Source of the DNA: Oculina patagonica
Taxonomy: Eukaryota
Direction of reading: 5' to 3'
Assembly (NCBI RefSeq): GCF_052425735.1
Contig: NC_135762.1
Span: 17,050,001-17,114,000 of the forward strand
DNA length: 64,000 bases
The notes under the pieces were generated by a model. The model was not told where the DNA came from, did no database searches, and saw only the letters and a list, made by a program, of their open reading frames with translations. Positions 12,095-24,810 of this stretch are shown one piece after another. Made by a program: the position numbers and the translations under genes. Each line of letters begins with the position of its first letter. Within the stretch, counting starts at the first letter, position 1.

Positions 12095-13174
12095 AGTGTT
12101 GTCTTCTTGAAGGGTGACAAAGACAAACTAAAAGCTCGTGAGAAATACCTCATGGTCAGCGTCAGTCGAGACCTTTCATGTGAGCTCCGGAGGTTCACCA
12201 CCTCCCAGTTTCGCAGCAAAGTATACACTGTGCCTGTGTCCGAATGTTATCCTGTGGCACCCACAGTTTTCGCTCAGGCACCACCGGGTCCCATCCGTGG
12301 CCTTGACAAGCCCTCTCCCTCAGACTCTGATGAGGACAATGTCCCTGTCTTGCCACCAACAACACACTCCACTGTTCCCACACCTTCTCAAGTGGTTACT
12401 GCGCCTCCAGCCTACGACAAACCCACGATTCCAGAACCTGTGCATGATGTTATACCTGTCCAGGAACTTCCTCCAGTTCCTACAGCCATTGTCCCCGCAC
12501 CCTGCATTCCAGACTCGTCTCCAGTTCCTTCTGCTGCACTTCCACAGCCACCTGAACCTGCTGTTGTCACTTCCCCGAGAAGGTATAGCCGCCACGCCGT
12601 GCGCCATTTTGGCACAACCCTGACTGGGTATTAGAGTAACACTGACTGTGTCCCTTTACCGTACAGTTATTCTACTCGTTTTATTTAGAAGGACAAGTCT
12701 AAGGGATAAGAGACTGCACCCGTTGTGCGTTATGTTAGTTATGCTTGTTTTATTTAGAAGGACAAGTCTTAGGGACAAGAGACTGCACCCATTGTGCGTT
12801 ATGTTAGTTATGCTCATTTTATTTAGAAGGACAAGTATAAGGGATAAGAGACTGCACCCATTGTGCGTTATGTTTGTTTTATTTAGAAGGACAAGTCTTA
12901 GGGACAAGAGACTGCACCCGTTGTGCATGTGTTAGTTTTTTTCAGTTTACTTCTGTGCTTGGCCAATAGGCCACAGAAAGACAGTCAAGAGGCAACCACG
13001 CCACTATGTCATTTATTATACACAGCGGTTTCTGTTGGCGCGCATGCGCCTAAGCTTTGTCTGTTCCATGTGCTCGCCTGAGCTGGCTGTATGTTTTGAA
13101 TAAACCTTCGAGTGAACGCAGAGTTTATCCTTTACTGGCATTGAGTAGTGCTCCGGTTCTAAGATTCTATGACA
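12095..13174 (+). mobile_element. 3' end of an LTR retrotransposon: pol C-terminus, tandem-repeat UTR, putative 3' LTR 12,983-13,174
   Basis: KGDKDKLKAREKY..Pro-rich tail ending PRRYSR; tandem array; purine tract agaaagac; LTR-like segment with AATAAA ending TGACA, abutting a different Gypsy RNase H. Confidence 0.6.
12678..12935. repeat. Tandem repeat, 4 copies, periods 69/69/60 bp
   Basis: Unit gttttatttagaaggacaagtct..agactgcacccgttgtgcgttatg.. starts at 12,678, 12,747, 12,816 and 12,876. Confidence 0.95.
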
Positions 13175-14400
13175 CAAGTTGATGCCAGTAAAAGTGGCTT
13201 AGGAGCTTGTTTGTTGCAACAGAACCAACCAGTCGCATATGCTTCACGTGCTATGTCAAGTTCTGAGACCAGAAGCCCAGACCTCCAGAATGGCAGCTCT
13301 CAGCCACTCGTCCAAATGGAAATCGTTGGAATGGATTTGGTGCATTTCCAAGGCCAGCATGCACTGGTCATAGTTGATTACTACTCTGGTTTTCTCACCT
13401 ATGACATACGAGTGGATGAGACATCTAAAGCTGCCACTGCAGTGCTGAACAATGTCTTCAGGAAGTTTGGCCTGGCGGAGAAAATTATTTCCGACAATGG
13501 GCCATGCTTTAAATCTGACGACTTTCCAGGTTTTTGAGATCAGCTCAACATTGGGCATGTAACATCCAGCCCATACCATCATCAAAGTAATGGTCGCGCA
13601 GAACAAGCAATCGCTACTGTCAAACAGATTCTGAAGAAGAGTACAAGCGACATTGATATCACGAAAGCCCTGACAACATAACTTGATACTTCAGTGAGTG
13701 ACACTTTGCCATCACCTGCCGAGCTATTCTACAGTAAGCGATTCAACACCCGTCTCAGCATGGCTATGACTCCAGCTCTGCTGAGTGATCAGCAAAAGTC
13801 TCAACTTAGTAAAAAGCGCTCAGCACATCTGAATAAACTGAAGCCTATAAAGCAGGACAATTACATCTACCTGCTGAATCAACCCATCTGGCTCACTGAT
13901 GATGATTCTGATGAATGGAAACCTGGGTATATTGAGTCAAAAGATACCTCGCCAGATTCATACTGGATCATCAATGACAAGACCAAAAGAATGATCAGAC
14001 AAAATAAGCATGACATCAAGCCGTGTTATGCTACCGTTGCACAGATCCCTATAACGTGTACAGTAAACTGGTCAGACGAGAATTAAACACCGCTTGTTCT
14101 GCCAACACCTTCAGAGAAACCTCTGGCAGACACTCCATGTACTTTAGGAAAATTACCACCTGTCATTGGTAGTGAAAAAGAGACACCAAAGAAGGCCAAA
14201 GAGGAAATCATCGGAGGCAAACCAGCTGTTTCAACACCACCACTGACAAGAACACGTTCTGGACATTGAATCAAGCTACCTAGAAACCCGGACTTTGTAT
14301 AAAACTGTGTTCACTTTTAAAGGACTGTTACTTTCCATGGATTGTCTTTCAAAAGATTATGACTCTCAAAGGATTATGAATCTCAAAGGATTGTGACTTT
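13175..14400 (+). pseudogene. Gypsy pol fragment (RNase H and integrase) with 3' UTR 17-bp repeats
   Basis: QVDASKSGLGACLLQ..PVAYASR; IVDYYSG; ISDNGPCF; SSPYHHQSNGRAE; SPAELF; ends TRTRSG. Confidence 0.88.
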
Positions 14401-15109
14401 ATACGTCTGCTGACTTAGAACACAATGATGTTTTGATCTTATGTGCTTATGTTTGTATGCTTATGTCGGTTCTAAAACCTGCTTAAAACATAGGTACGCT
14501 AAGCGTGCAAGAGTTATTTTTTCAATTTATGGGGTGGCTTGGGGTGAGACTGGGTGATTGTCCTGTTGGGATGGTTTGTCATGGCTTGAGCTATTTGTGT
14601 ATGGCGGCCCACGGGGTCACTTTTTTGCACAAAATTTGCTTGCAAACAAAATATTTTTTACATGCACTTTGATACATCAGAACTGTTTTATTCAATACGT
14701 AAATTTTCATCATTTAATTTAAAAGCAAGTTAGAATTAATTTAATTATCAAAATGTCACAAAACGGCACGATCTTATTCTGTTTAAAGCGGTTTTTTTGT
14801 TGCTAGCTTTTAAGCAACCGTAACCTGATACTTTTGTTTGTTACAGTATGCTTTTGGCTTTTTGCCAAACACTGTAATATGATACTGTTGTTTTTTCACT
14901 TTTGTAACATGATTCCTTTGTTTTTTTTTGAAAACGAACGTAACATGATACTTTCGTTTTTCTCAAAAAAGTCATGTCTGCATTTAACACGCTTGATAGT
15001 CACTTTGAACAAAAAGTAATAAACGAATCAAATCAAAAACCACTCTCTTCGGGAAAGTTCTTTAAAGCGCAGTACACCTGCAGTATTTGTTTCCTGTCTG
15101 AACTGTTCA

Positions 15110-15925
15110 ACAAAGATTTTGGCTCATTCACAACGTAAATTTTATTCAACAAACAAGAACTAATTGAGGTATCAAATTGTCAGGGAATGGCATGCTCTGG
15201 AATTGTTATGTGAACTTGAACTGAGAGAAGAACAGTTTCAGAAACGAGAAGACTAAAAGGAGTAACAATCGCAACGGAGATCAAGGAAGATTTAGGGGCA
15301 GACCCTCATCAGTCAGCGCCCTGTTAGCCAAAACGAACAATTTTAGTGCTTATTGTAAGGGCAAACATGCCCATGAGAATTGTGAGAATGTTAAATCTGT
15401 AGAGGGATGAATGGATTTGTTACATAAGTACGGTAGATGCTTTATTTGTGTTAGTAAGGGGCATTATTCCGTTATTGTACGTCTGAAGTTTATGTAACAA
15501 TTGTAAGAAACCAGGTCATCACATTTCCATTTGTTATTAGGGTCACACTTCGTACCAGGCACCCACAATGGTGATAGTGATGTCTCACAAAACGTCAATC
15601 AAGCCAGCCACACCAGTCCCGCCCTTCATGTGGGTTACATTGCAATCAGCCCAGGCAATTATTTCTGGAAATAAGAGTTCCTGGGTATGGGTCTTATTTG
15701 ATGTGGGAAGTCATAAATCCTTTATTACCATAAGAGCTGCCCAGTTAACGGGACTGTGAGAGGGAAGAAAGGAGTGGATAGAAATAAGTACTTTTGGACA
15801 GCGAGCAAGAGATAGTGGGATGAGGGTCGTGTACGAATTTAATGTTTTCCCTTTGTAGGGTGGGGGAATGAGATTAAGATTGAAGCGTATGACACAGGAG
15901 AAATAACACAAGTTAGAAATGGATC
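15110..15925 (+). pseudogene. BEL/Pao gag-protease remnant
   Basis: Degenerate triple zinc knuckles (CAYCKGKH, RCFIC, CKKPGHHISIC) and LQSAQA..VLFDVGSHKSFIT. Confidence 0.75.
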
Positions 15926-16853
15926 GTGATCTGTTTTTGAATGAACCTTAAATTTAAGTTGGTCTTTCAAAACTTATTTTGTTTATTGTTTTGCTCCAGA
16001 AAATATCCATGTTGCATTGCATGGTGAAGGGTTTTTCATTTGATCCCCTTCCCTTTTAGAATTCCAGTTGAGCTTCATTGAGTGACTATCGAGTTGTGTA
16101 CTTGCTTAATTTAAATGTGCATTACTTAAAACAGTTTGTAATCTAAACAATTATCTTACAACAATCTGTACACTTATTTACTGTAGAGTGAGCAGGAGAA
16201 ACAACCTGGTAAAGAAGTCATTGCAGTTTGTGATAACGAAATTCAAGGAAGGTCTGGCAAGAGATATTTGTTGTAGAGATGGAGATGAATTTCAGAACAA
16301 AGGAGACAAAAGAAAAATGCCAGACGAGAATCAAGTACTTTATTGATAAATTAAAGGATGCCAGAACATGGAACCGAAGTCAGACTGGGATCTGTTTATG
16401 AAAAACTGTCTTTCATGACAAAATAGGTTGTATGGTGTAACCCTAAAGCATGAGGTCAAAGCAGGGGCAAACTGCTTCACCGAGCCTAATTTCACCTTTG
16501 CCAAACACCAAAGACTCCATTACACCCAAAATTAAATGAAAATGTACATAATCTGGTCTTAGGTAATGAAAAACAATTGCAGACGACTGCAGATTCTTCT
16601 ACCACCCAGTTGGAAGAAAGCCAAACAGGTGTGGCTGATGATGTACCAGTTTCCACCCCTTATCAGATGCCCTGTAGTTCCACAGCAAGCTCATCCACTC
16701 AAGCTACATCAATGACCTCACAACCCTCTCATTCATTTAAATTTCTTTTGAGTGCTAAAGAATGCGAAGACCTAATAGGTCAGTTCTTTGGTACAAACAA
16801 AGTAGTACACAGCTATTACTTCCAAACTGTGCAATAGCTTAAGGCATGAAGAG

Positions 16854-17171
16854 ATGACAAGACTGAAGCAACAGAAGAAGAGTAAACAGCTACTGGTAAA
16901 ACGGATGAAGAAGGCTTGTTCCACAAGGTGGTTGAGTTTTGACAAGTCTGTAGCTGTCCTGTATCAAGAATATGAGGCTGTCCTTCATACACTTAAAGCT
17001 TTGGATGAGGATGGCTGTGCTACAGCTCATGGCCTGTTTAACAAGCTAAAGGAGGGGAAGTTCCTTGGAGTGCTTTTTATTTTGAAAGATGTCCTGCCAG
17101 TCCTGTCCCATCTGTTGAAGGCATTTCAAGGAGGGTCAGTAGCATTCTCTCAAGTGGTTAGTATCCTTTAG
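16854..17171 (+). pseudogene. hAT-family (ZNF862-like) transposase fragment
   Basis: KKACSTRWLS...ATAHGL...LKDVLPVLSHLLKAFQ carries the hAT TRWLS motif. Confidence 0.8.
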
Positions 17172-17174
17172 AGG

Positions 17175-17636
17175 ATACTACCAAGCATGGGCTCAAATCT
17201 TGGCGATACTTCCCCTTAAATTTATGGAACAACCTTTCAGACTCCCTCAGATCTTCTCTTTGCTATAAAACCTTTAGAAAGGCACTGTATGTTGTAAATA
17301 TTAGTAGTCATTTGTAAATAATTGTATATATTTTATAACATTTAGCTTACTTTTTTAAACAAATTTTAATCAAGAAATCTTAACATTTGTAAACCTTTCC
17401 GCTCATTTTATTTATTTACTTGTAATTTATATACTTACTAGGTTTTTTCATTTATTCGTTGCATATATTTTAAGCTTGAAGAATTTTATTTATTTACTTG
17501 TTTATTTTATGTTATTTTCATTGTGGCTTACCTGTAAACTAACTGGTGCATTCCTGCAGATTTTGCTAGTCATTTGTGGGACGCATTGAAACTAAGCTAA
17601 GTGTAATGACAAAATTAAACATTGTATTGTATTGTA
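17175..17636 (+). mobile_element. LINE 3' end (RT C-terminus, AT-rich UTR, (ATTGT)n tail)
   Basis: TTKHGLKSWRY..LWNNL..SLR motif, and tail aattaaacattgtattgtattgta. Confidence 0.6.
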
Positions 17637-18878
17637 AAAATATTTAGCCAACATTTTTTTTAATTGCTCACACAAAGGTTACGTGACACTTCATTTACAC
17701 AAATTACAATTCAGAGAGAATAAAACAAAAAAAACAGTAAACTTAAAAAAAAACGGTAGCAAAGCGGACAAGACTTACAATACATCTATGGCGTGGTGTA
17801 GTCTATTGTGGAGTTTTATGCCATGGATTAATCACAAGAATTTGCAATTTGACTAGATTAGCATTTAGCCATCAATGGCAGTTGTCATGGCAACTATGCC
17901 TGGCTGCTATTTTTTAAAAAAACAATTCTGACTTCAAAGGTTACCATATACTGGCAATGAAATTCCCAGCAGTTTGCTGCTTAACTCAGAATCATTCAGT
18001 TCCTATAAGAATCATTAACGCTGAAAGGACCGGTGGGTATTGCCCCAAATGGTGTAATTAACTAACTAATTAGTCAGCTTTACACTGATGGCATTTCAGA
18101 TTGGGAAATTGTACTAGATGTGGATGTGGGTTTTTATCACAAAATTTGAAGAATGGAGACAGTGTTATGGTGTATAAGGGTTCCAAATACACAACATTTT
18201 GCAACCTGATGTAAAACTGAACATTCTACCTCTCCTTTGCAAAAACTGCAAATGTCTGCAGAATATGTGATATGCATGCAACAATTTGCTGGTTTAAAGA
18301 TTCTTGTGGAGAGGGGGATAAACAAGATTAAGAACTTTCCCACCTGGGAAGGAGAGACCCTTAAGTGTGTTTGGTTTTGTTTTCTCTGCTTTGAACCAAA
18401 CGTCCTACTTATTTTCTTAACAATGTTTCACACGTGGACAGCAGGATAATCAGTCCAAGAGGTGTCACCTATTGACTTGCATCCACTTGTGGCACACTGG
18501 GAGGCCTAAGACGTCCACATCATATTCTCAAAGTACAGAAGGGCATCCACATAAATCCTCAGCTTTAATGGGTGGTAATGGCTCACTGAATATTTTCCTT
18601 TTCCAGGGAAAGGAACTTAGGTAACCAAGCTTGCAAGCCACACTTATCAAAGTTGGTAATATTCCCGCATAATTAGAGGCTCATGCCGAGATCTCCAAAC
18701 TATGATAAAAATGAATTCTGACACATTTACACTTCTTGGGCACATAAGCTTTGAATTATCACAACGTAGACATAATGTTATTTGAGCTAATCTGCACAAA
18801 GATTATGCCATGTTGTGTGCTTCACATGTGCCCAAAATCACCCTGTTGTTTGGTGAACTGCAAGTTCAGCTTTATCAC

Positions 18879-19020
18879 TGTTATATAATAGGTATTGTTC
18901 AGATTGTTAGGACTGCGCATGTGCAGTTACACGTGTGATTCGGATGTTCAGATTAAAGAGAATTGAGTTGCGTCTACTCAGTGTTTACTTCTGTTCTCGA
19001 TAATTTATCCGTTTACAACA
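18879..19020 (+). repeat. 5' LTR of the Gypsy element
   Basis: TGTTA...CAACA, same as the 3' LTR apart from one C/T. Confidence 0.97.
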
Positions 19021-19022
19021 TC

Positions 19023-19040
19023 TGGCGACGAGGATGGGAT
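19023..19040 (+). promoter_or_regulatory. Primer-binding site, tRNA-Ser(GCU)-type
   Basis: TGGCGACGAGGATGGGAT is complementary to the 3' end of metazoan tRNA-Ser(GCU), typical of Mag-clade elements. Confidence 0.85.
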
Positions 19041-19158
19041 CCTCCAGTGATGTGTTGCTGTCTTCATGGCGATTTTGAAAATTACAAAGTTCTTCTGTGC
19101 GTTTCTGTTGTCCGTGCACGTGGTTGCTTGCCTTCTTGCTTTTTGTTCGGCCGCCATT

Positions 19159-22100
19159 ATGGCTTCCCCGCTAGTTGGTTCCATTGGGGAGTTCGATACT
19201 TCTACGGAGACTTTTACGGCTTATCAGGAAAGACTTGATCAGTATTTCGTTGCGAATAGTATTGGCCATTACCCTCCCGATGCCTCCACAGCTGATAAAG
19301 CAGCCGCGAACAAGAAGAAGGTTGCAGTGATGATTTCAGTTATCGGCAAGAAGACATACGGGACACTTCGAGATTTATGCAGTCCAGCAAATCCAAAGGA
19401 CAAGACATTCGAGCAGTTATGTGAATTACTTAAGCGACATTTCAAACCTAAACGATTAGAAGTTGCAGAATCGTACCAATTTCACCGTTGTTTTCAAGAA
19501 GAGAATGAAACTGTTTCCGTGTACAGTGCTCGTTTACGACATCTTGCTTCCAGTTGTAATTTTGGTGCGTTCTTAAATCGTTCGCTTCGCGACCAGTTTG
19601 TTTGTGGGATTCGCAATCCGGCCACTCGTAAAAAGCTTTTAAGTGAAGATCGCACCTTCCAACAAGCGATGCAAGTGGCAATTGCTGATGAGATAGCAGC
19701 TAAAGAATCCATGCAAGTGCAGCAGCAATTGTCTCAACCAGTACATGCAGTCACCAAGGACCCACCTGCCCTTCCTTCGCGCCGAAGTTCAAGTACACCT
19801 CCAGTCTTACCACCAGCTGGTCGTCAAGGGTCATTTCCTAAATCGCCTCGACGGTCTACCTCCTACACTTGTTTCTCATGTGGTAATTCTGACCATACAA
19901 GGTCTAAATGCAGATTCAGAAATGCTGTGTGTCACAACTGCAATGGAACTGGACATATTGCTCGCGTTTGTCAGAAAAGTGGAGTGAATGCCATGTGTGT
20001 CGAAGAAGAGTTTCCCGAAGAACAGGTCCCTGAAGAAGAAGAGTTGTATGTTGTGTATGATGTTAATGCTATGTCCAAGTCTGAAATTTCTGTGCCATTG
20101 AAGATTGAGAACAATGATTGTTTAATGCAGTTAGACACTGGGTGTGCTTTGTCTCTTGCACCACTTAGTTTCATAAAAGAAGTTTGTCCTGATGTTACTC
20201 TGAAACCAACCAATGTGGTTTTGTCAACCTACACAGGTGAAACTGTGCATCCCTTAGGGGAAGCATCTGTGAATGTTGAGTATTCGGGATCACAGTACTC
20301 ATTGCCCTTGCTTATTGTACGAGAAGGATCATGTGCTTTGTTTGGTCGGAATTGGCTCATGGATGTCAATTTAGATTGGAAAAACCTGCCAGGGTTGAAT
20401 CACATTGGCCCCTTACCCTCACCCACTTCATCAGTGCCAGGTTCGACAGGTAACCAGACTTTGGACTCTGTCCTTGAACAATACAGTGAATTATTTCAGA
20501 CCCAACTTGGATGCTACACGGGCACGCCTGTTGTATTAAATGAAAGTAAAGAGGCTAAATTCCACAAAGCTAGACCAGTTCCTTACGCCCTGCAGTCAAA
20601 AGTGGAGAGCACATTGCTTAAAATGGAAAAGGATGGAGTTATTGAAAGAGTTACTTCTGCTGCCAGTGCAGCCCTTATCGTGGTGGTTGGAAAGAAAGAG
20701 AGTGACGAAGTGCGTGTATGCGGAGATTTTAGTGTAACATACAATACATGTGCTAATGTAGAAACTTATCCTATGCCTCAGATTGAGGACATGCATTCAG
20801 CCTTGAGGGGATGCACCGTGTTTAGTGTCTTGGATATGAAACAAGCTTACCACCAGATACCCATTGCAAAGGAATCACAGCCTTATCTCACTGTCAATAC
20901 TCACATTGGACTATTTGCATTTAAGAGGTTGCCAAATGGTATACATTCAGGTCCAGCCATTTTTCAGAGAATTATGGACAACTTACTGTCTGACATTCCG
21001 AAGGCAGTGAGTCGACTTGATGACATTCTGGTGGCAGGAACAGATCAAGAAGACCATCTCCACACTCTTTCTTTGGTTTTGGATCGACTTCTTAAGGCTG
21101 GCTTCCGACTGAACAAGGCAAAGTGCAAATTCCTCCAGGCGTCAGTGGTTTATCTTGGTCACAAGATAGATGGTGAGGGCTTACATCCCACTGAAGACAA
21201 ACTTACAGCCATTCGTGACGCCCCAAGACCTAAAGATGTTGCTGCCTTAAGTCCTTTCTGGGACTTATAATGTTCTATTCACGATTCATGCCACATCACT
21301 CCACAGTCCTGGCACCCTTACACAGCCTATTAAAGAAGAATACACCCTGGAAATGGTCTAAAGTTGAAGAAGATGCATTTGTTGCCGCTAAGCAGCTGAT
21401 TCTTAGCTCAAAAACGTTGGTACATTATGATGAAACACTTCCCCTTTTTCTGTCATGTGATGCTTCATCGTATGGTGCTGGAGCAGTTCTGTCTCATCAG
21501 ATAGATGGACAATTTCGGCCTGTTGCCTTCGCCTCTTGTACCCTGACACAAGCCCAACAAAACTACTCCCAGTTAGAAAAGGAGGCATTCAGCATCATTT
21601 TTGGATTAATAAAAGCGATTTCGTCAGTACTTGTATGGTCGCTCCTTCACAATTTTAACAGATCATCGCCCTCTGCTCACCCTCTTTGGACCACAGCAGC
21701 CAGTTCCTGCTCATGCTGCAGCTCGACTTCAAAGATGGGCCCTCATCCTGGCATCGTACAATTACAAAATTGAGTACCGCAGCACTACAGCGCATGCTGA
21801 TGCAGACAGCATGTCACGTCTTCCTTTGCCACAAACATGGTCACCCAAATGTGAAAATGTCGAGTGCTTCTTCTTAGAACCTGAAGTTGTAACCAATGTG
21901 ACCAGTCAGATGATCAAAAGAGAAACCCAGGTTGACCCCGTCTTATCCAAAGTGTACAGTTATGTCATCAGTGGATGGCCAAGTGTAGTAGATCCGACAT
22001 TAGTACCGTTCAAGAATAAACGAGATGAACTGACAACCCAACAAGGCTGTGTGTTGTGGGGTACTCGGGTTGTTGTACCACCTTCCCTTCAAGAGAAAGT

Positions 22101-23370
22101 ATTGCATGAACTTCATGAAACACATCCAGGAATTTCCAGAATGAAAGCACTATCAAGGTCATATGTATGGTGGCCCAATATTGATGCCCACATTGAAAGA
22201 ACTGTTTCTTCATGCAGTACTTGTCAAACAATGAGATCTGCACCTCCTACTGCTCAAATTCATCCATGGATTTTTCCAACACGGGCTTGGTCTCGCATTC
22301 ATGTGGACTTTGCAGGACCGATCTCTGGACATATGTATATGGTTGTTGTTGATGCATACAGCAAATTCCCAGAGGTGGTCAAAATGACAAATATTACTGC
22401 TGGAACAACTATCACTGCATTGCGTGACATATTCAGCAGGCACGGATTGCCCGAAATTCTTGTTTCTGACAATGGTTCCCAGTTCACTTCGAGAGAATTT
22501 GAAAAGTTTTGTGTCAACAATGGAATTGTACATCGTACTTCAGCAGCGTACAAACCATCCACCAATGGTCAGGCTGAATGTGTTGTCCAGATTTTGAAAT
22601 CAGCAATCAAACAAGCCCAGCTTACTCACACTGATGTGTCTGCTCAAATTGCTAAGTACTTACTTGTTTATCGAAACACACCCCATTCCACTACAGGCGA
22701 ACCTCCCTCTTTAATGCTTATGGGCAGGAGATTGCGTACTCGCCTCGATTTACTGATTCCTTCAGTTGAAAAGCATGTTGAAGCTCGACAGTACAGTACG
22801 ATGGTTAGTCCCACCGCACACAGAGGTCTACGCCAGTTTCATGCAGGTGATCCAGTATTGGCCAGAAACTATGGGAAGGGAGAAAAGTGGATGCCTGGGG
22901 TCATCACTGAGGTACTAGGTTCTCGACACTATATGGTTGAAGTGTCAGGCAAATTGTGGAAACGACATGTGGACCAACTTCTGAGCCGAGCTGTTAGTGA
23001 TGACCACTCAAACAGCCCCTCATCAATTGATGACTACTCTATGCCACTTCAATTGGCTTCCCCAGTGGATGTTTCTGATGAAGTTGTCCCGCTTCCCTCA
23101 GGCTCTCATACAGCCACAGCGGATGAGTCACAGTTGACCAGTACTAGCGAACGTTGTGAAAGTCCTTTACCTGGAGCTTCCTGTTCTGTTACAGACAATG
23201 ACAATGTTACTGTAGTTCCTCCTATTTTGCTGTCAGGAATTCCTGATACAAGTTCTATGTTAGAGAAACCAAGTTACTCAGATAAGGTTGCTACTCCCCC
23301 TTGTTTAGAAAGACGTTACCCTGTTAGAGTAAATCGTGGACTGCCAAGTCACTTGAGAGACTATGAGTTA
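19159..23370 (+). CDS. Gypsy Gag-Pol polyprotein, with two frameshifts (~21,250 and ~21,610) and a C-terminus interrupted by a DNA transposon
   Basis: ORFs 19,066-21,270, 21,270-21,773 and 21,631-23,580. Two CCHC knuckles, LDTG protease, RT SRLDDILV, RNase H CDASSYG, integrase HHCC plus DFAGP/SDNG/E. Confidence 0.92.
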
Positions 23371-24745
23371 CAGTACCGCCTGGAATCATATGCACATCAG
23401 CCGCGGGTTTCCCGAGGTGGACGCGCGGGTAGTGCACGCGGTTTGCCCGTTTTACAATCAAAAATAAAAAAAGATCAAACCCTAAGAAGGAAAATTATCG
23501 GCACAAGATATGAGATTTTAAAAAATACAAAATCTAAACGTGCAACGCAAGCGCTCGTTCATTCACGTGGCGTTGCTTGACACTTCTCAGAAATCGATCA
23601 ACTTTGCTCAGCTTGGTCGCGCGCGAAAAATTTTGTTAAAGAAGGGAAGGAAAATTTCTGAAACGGTCAGGTAATTACAAGATGTAGATGGGTTAGAGAT
23701 CGAAGGAAGAACTATCGGGAAGTTGTTGCAGAAAACACAATTTGTCAATTGCCGAAGAGCTGCGAAATGACAAGTTTATTCATCGAGTTGTTTACCAGCA
23801 TACCGAATGTCTGGAAAGGCAAGACAGGATTCATGTTCTTTGTAGTTGTTTCTGACTACCATCGAGCCGAAAATTACGAACCCAACGTCAAATTTAGAAC
23901 TGACCGAAAATAGCTATTCTGATCGGCGTGAATTAATTCTTATTGGCAAAAATCTAGTTGAACGGCAAATGAACTTTTGGTGGGGAAGCCGACAATTGTT
24001 GGCATTTGTCGCTCGAAAGAGAACACATTCCCCGCAAATAAATGTCATTGATTTCTTAATCTTCTGTGAAACTTTTATTCGATCTTAATAAACGCTCGCC
24101 TTGTTAAGTAACAGACTTCAAATACGTTCGTTTTCATAACTAGACATTGCGACCTCTATTTACACACGGGCGTCGATCTGTCAGATCATTTGAAGATAAG
24201 AAATCCTTGGCGCGGCTGCAAAAAGATTTTCGCTTCCTTCATTTTCGGATGAATAAATCGAGAGAAGTGCTTTTACAGGCCTCATTAATTGCGATTTTTT
24301 CATTCACGTTTTGCATTTTTGATAAAATTAATTCTTTCGTGAAGCGACAAGTTTCGACTCAAAAGCTTCTCATGCTAGCACGCACGGAACATTCAATACG
24401 AACCCGTGAAGATCTTGAAGTTCAACAAAATTTACCGGTAATCCCATAAAAACTGTTTGAAAGAAATTTGCATTTCGTTGCTGAATACGGTGTAAGCAAG
24501 TTGTAAATGTGAGAAAAAATCCATTGAAACGAAAACAATAAAACAACAATAGCCGACAGATCCTTTTGTGTCGGCGTTTCGTCCATTTGACCGAAATGAA
24601 TTTCTGACCTCGGTTTTCATTCGTGAACCGCGCGGGTTTCGTTCGTGAACCGCGCGGTTTCGTCTCGTTCCTCCCGCGTGCAATACACGCGTTCTGTCCT
24701 CGAGCTTCACGCGTGCCAATGTGCATATGATTCCAGGCGGTACTG
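23371..24745. mobile_element. Non-autonomous DNA transposon, Tc1/mariner/pogo-type, 1,375 bp, nested in the Gypsy element
   Basis: Perfect 27-bp TIRs cagtaccgcctggaatcatatgcacat (23,371-97 and 24,719-45); TA TSD at 23,369-70 and 24,746-47; no transposase ORF. Confidence 0.93.
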
Positions 24746-24810
24746 TAAAGTGCTGACATTGGTTAACTGTTATGTTATAGAAAAGAAACTGTTTCATTTA
24801 AAGGGGGAGA

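Noticed and set aside
12648-12935. Repetitive ORFs on both strands; CRISPR-like appearance
   Set aside because: Periods of 69 and 60 bp are multiples of three, so frames stay open by chance. There are no unique spacers or cas genes, and the context is eukaryotic.
23371-24800. Short ORFs inside the nested DNA transposon as a transposase or env gene
   Set aside because: No DDE/D, HTH or envelope features; the ORFs are short and overlapping.
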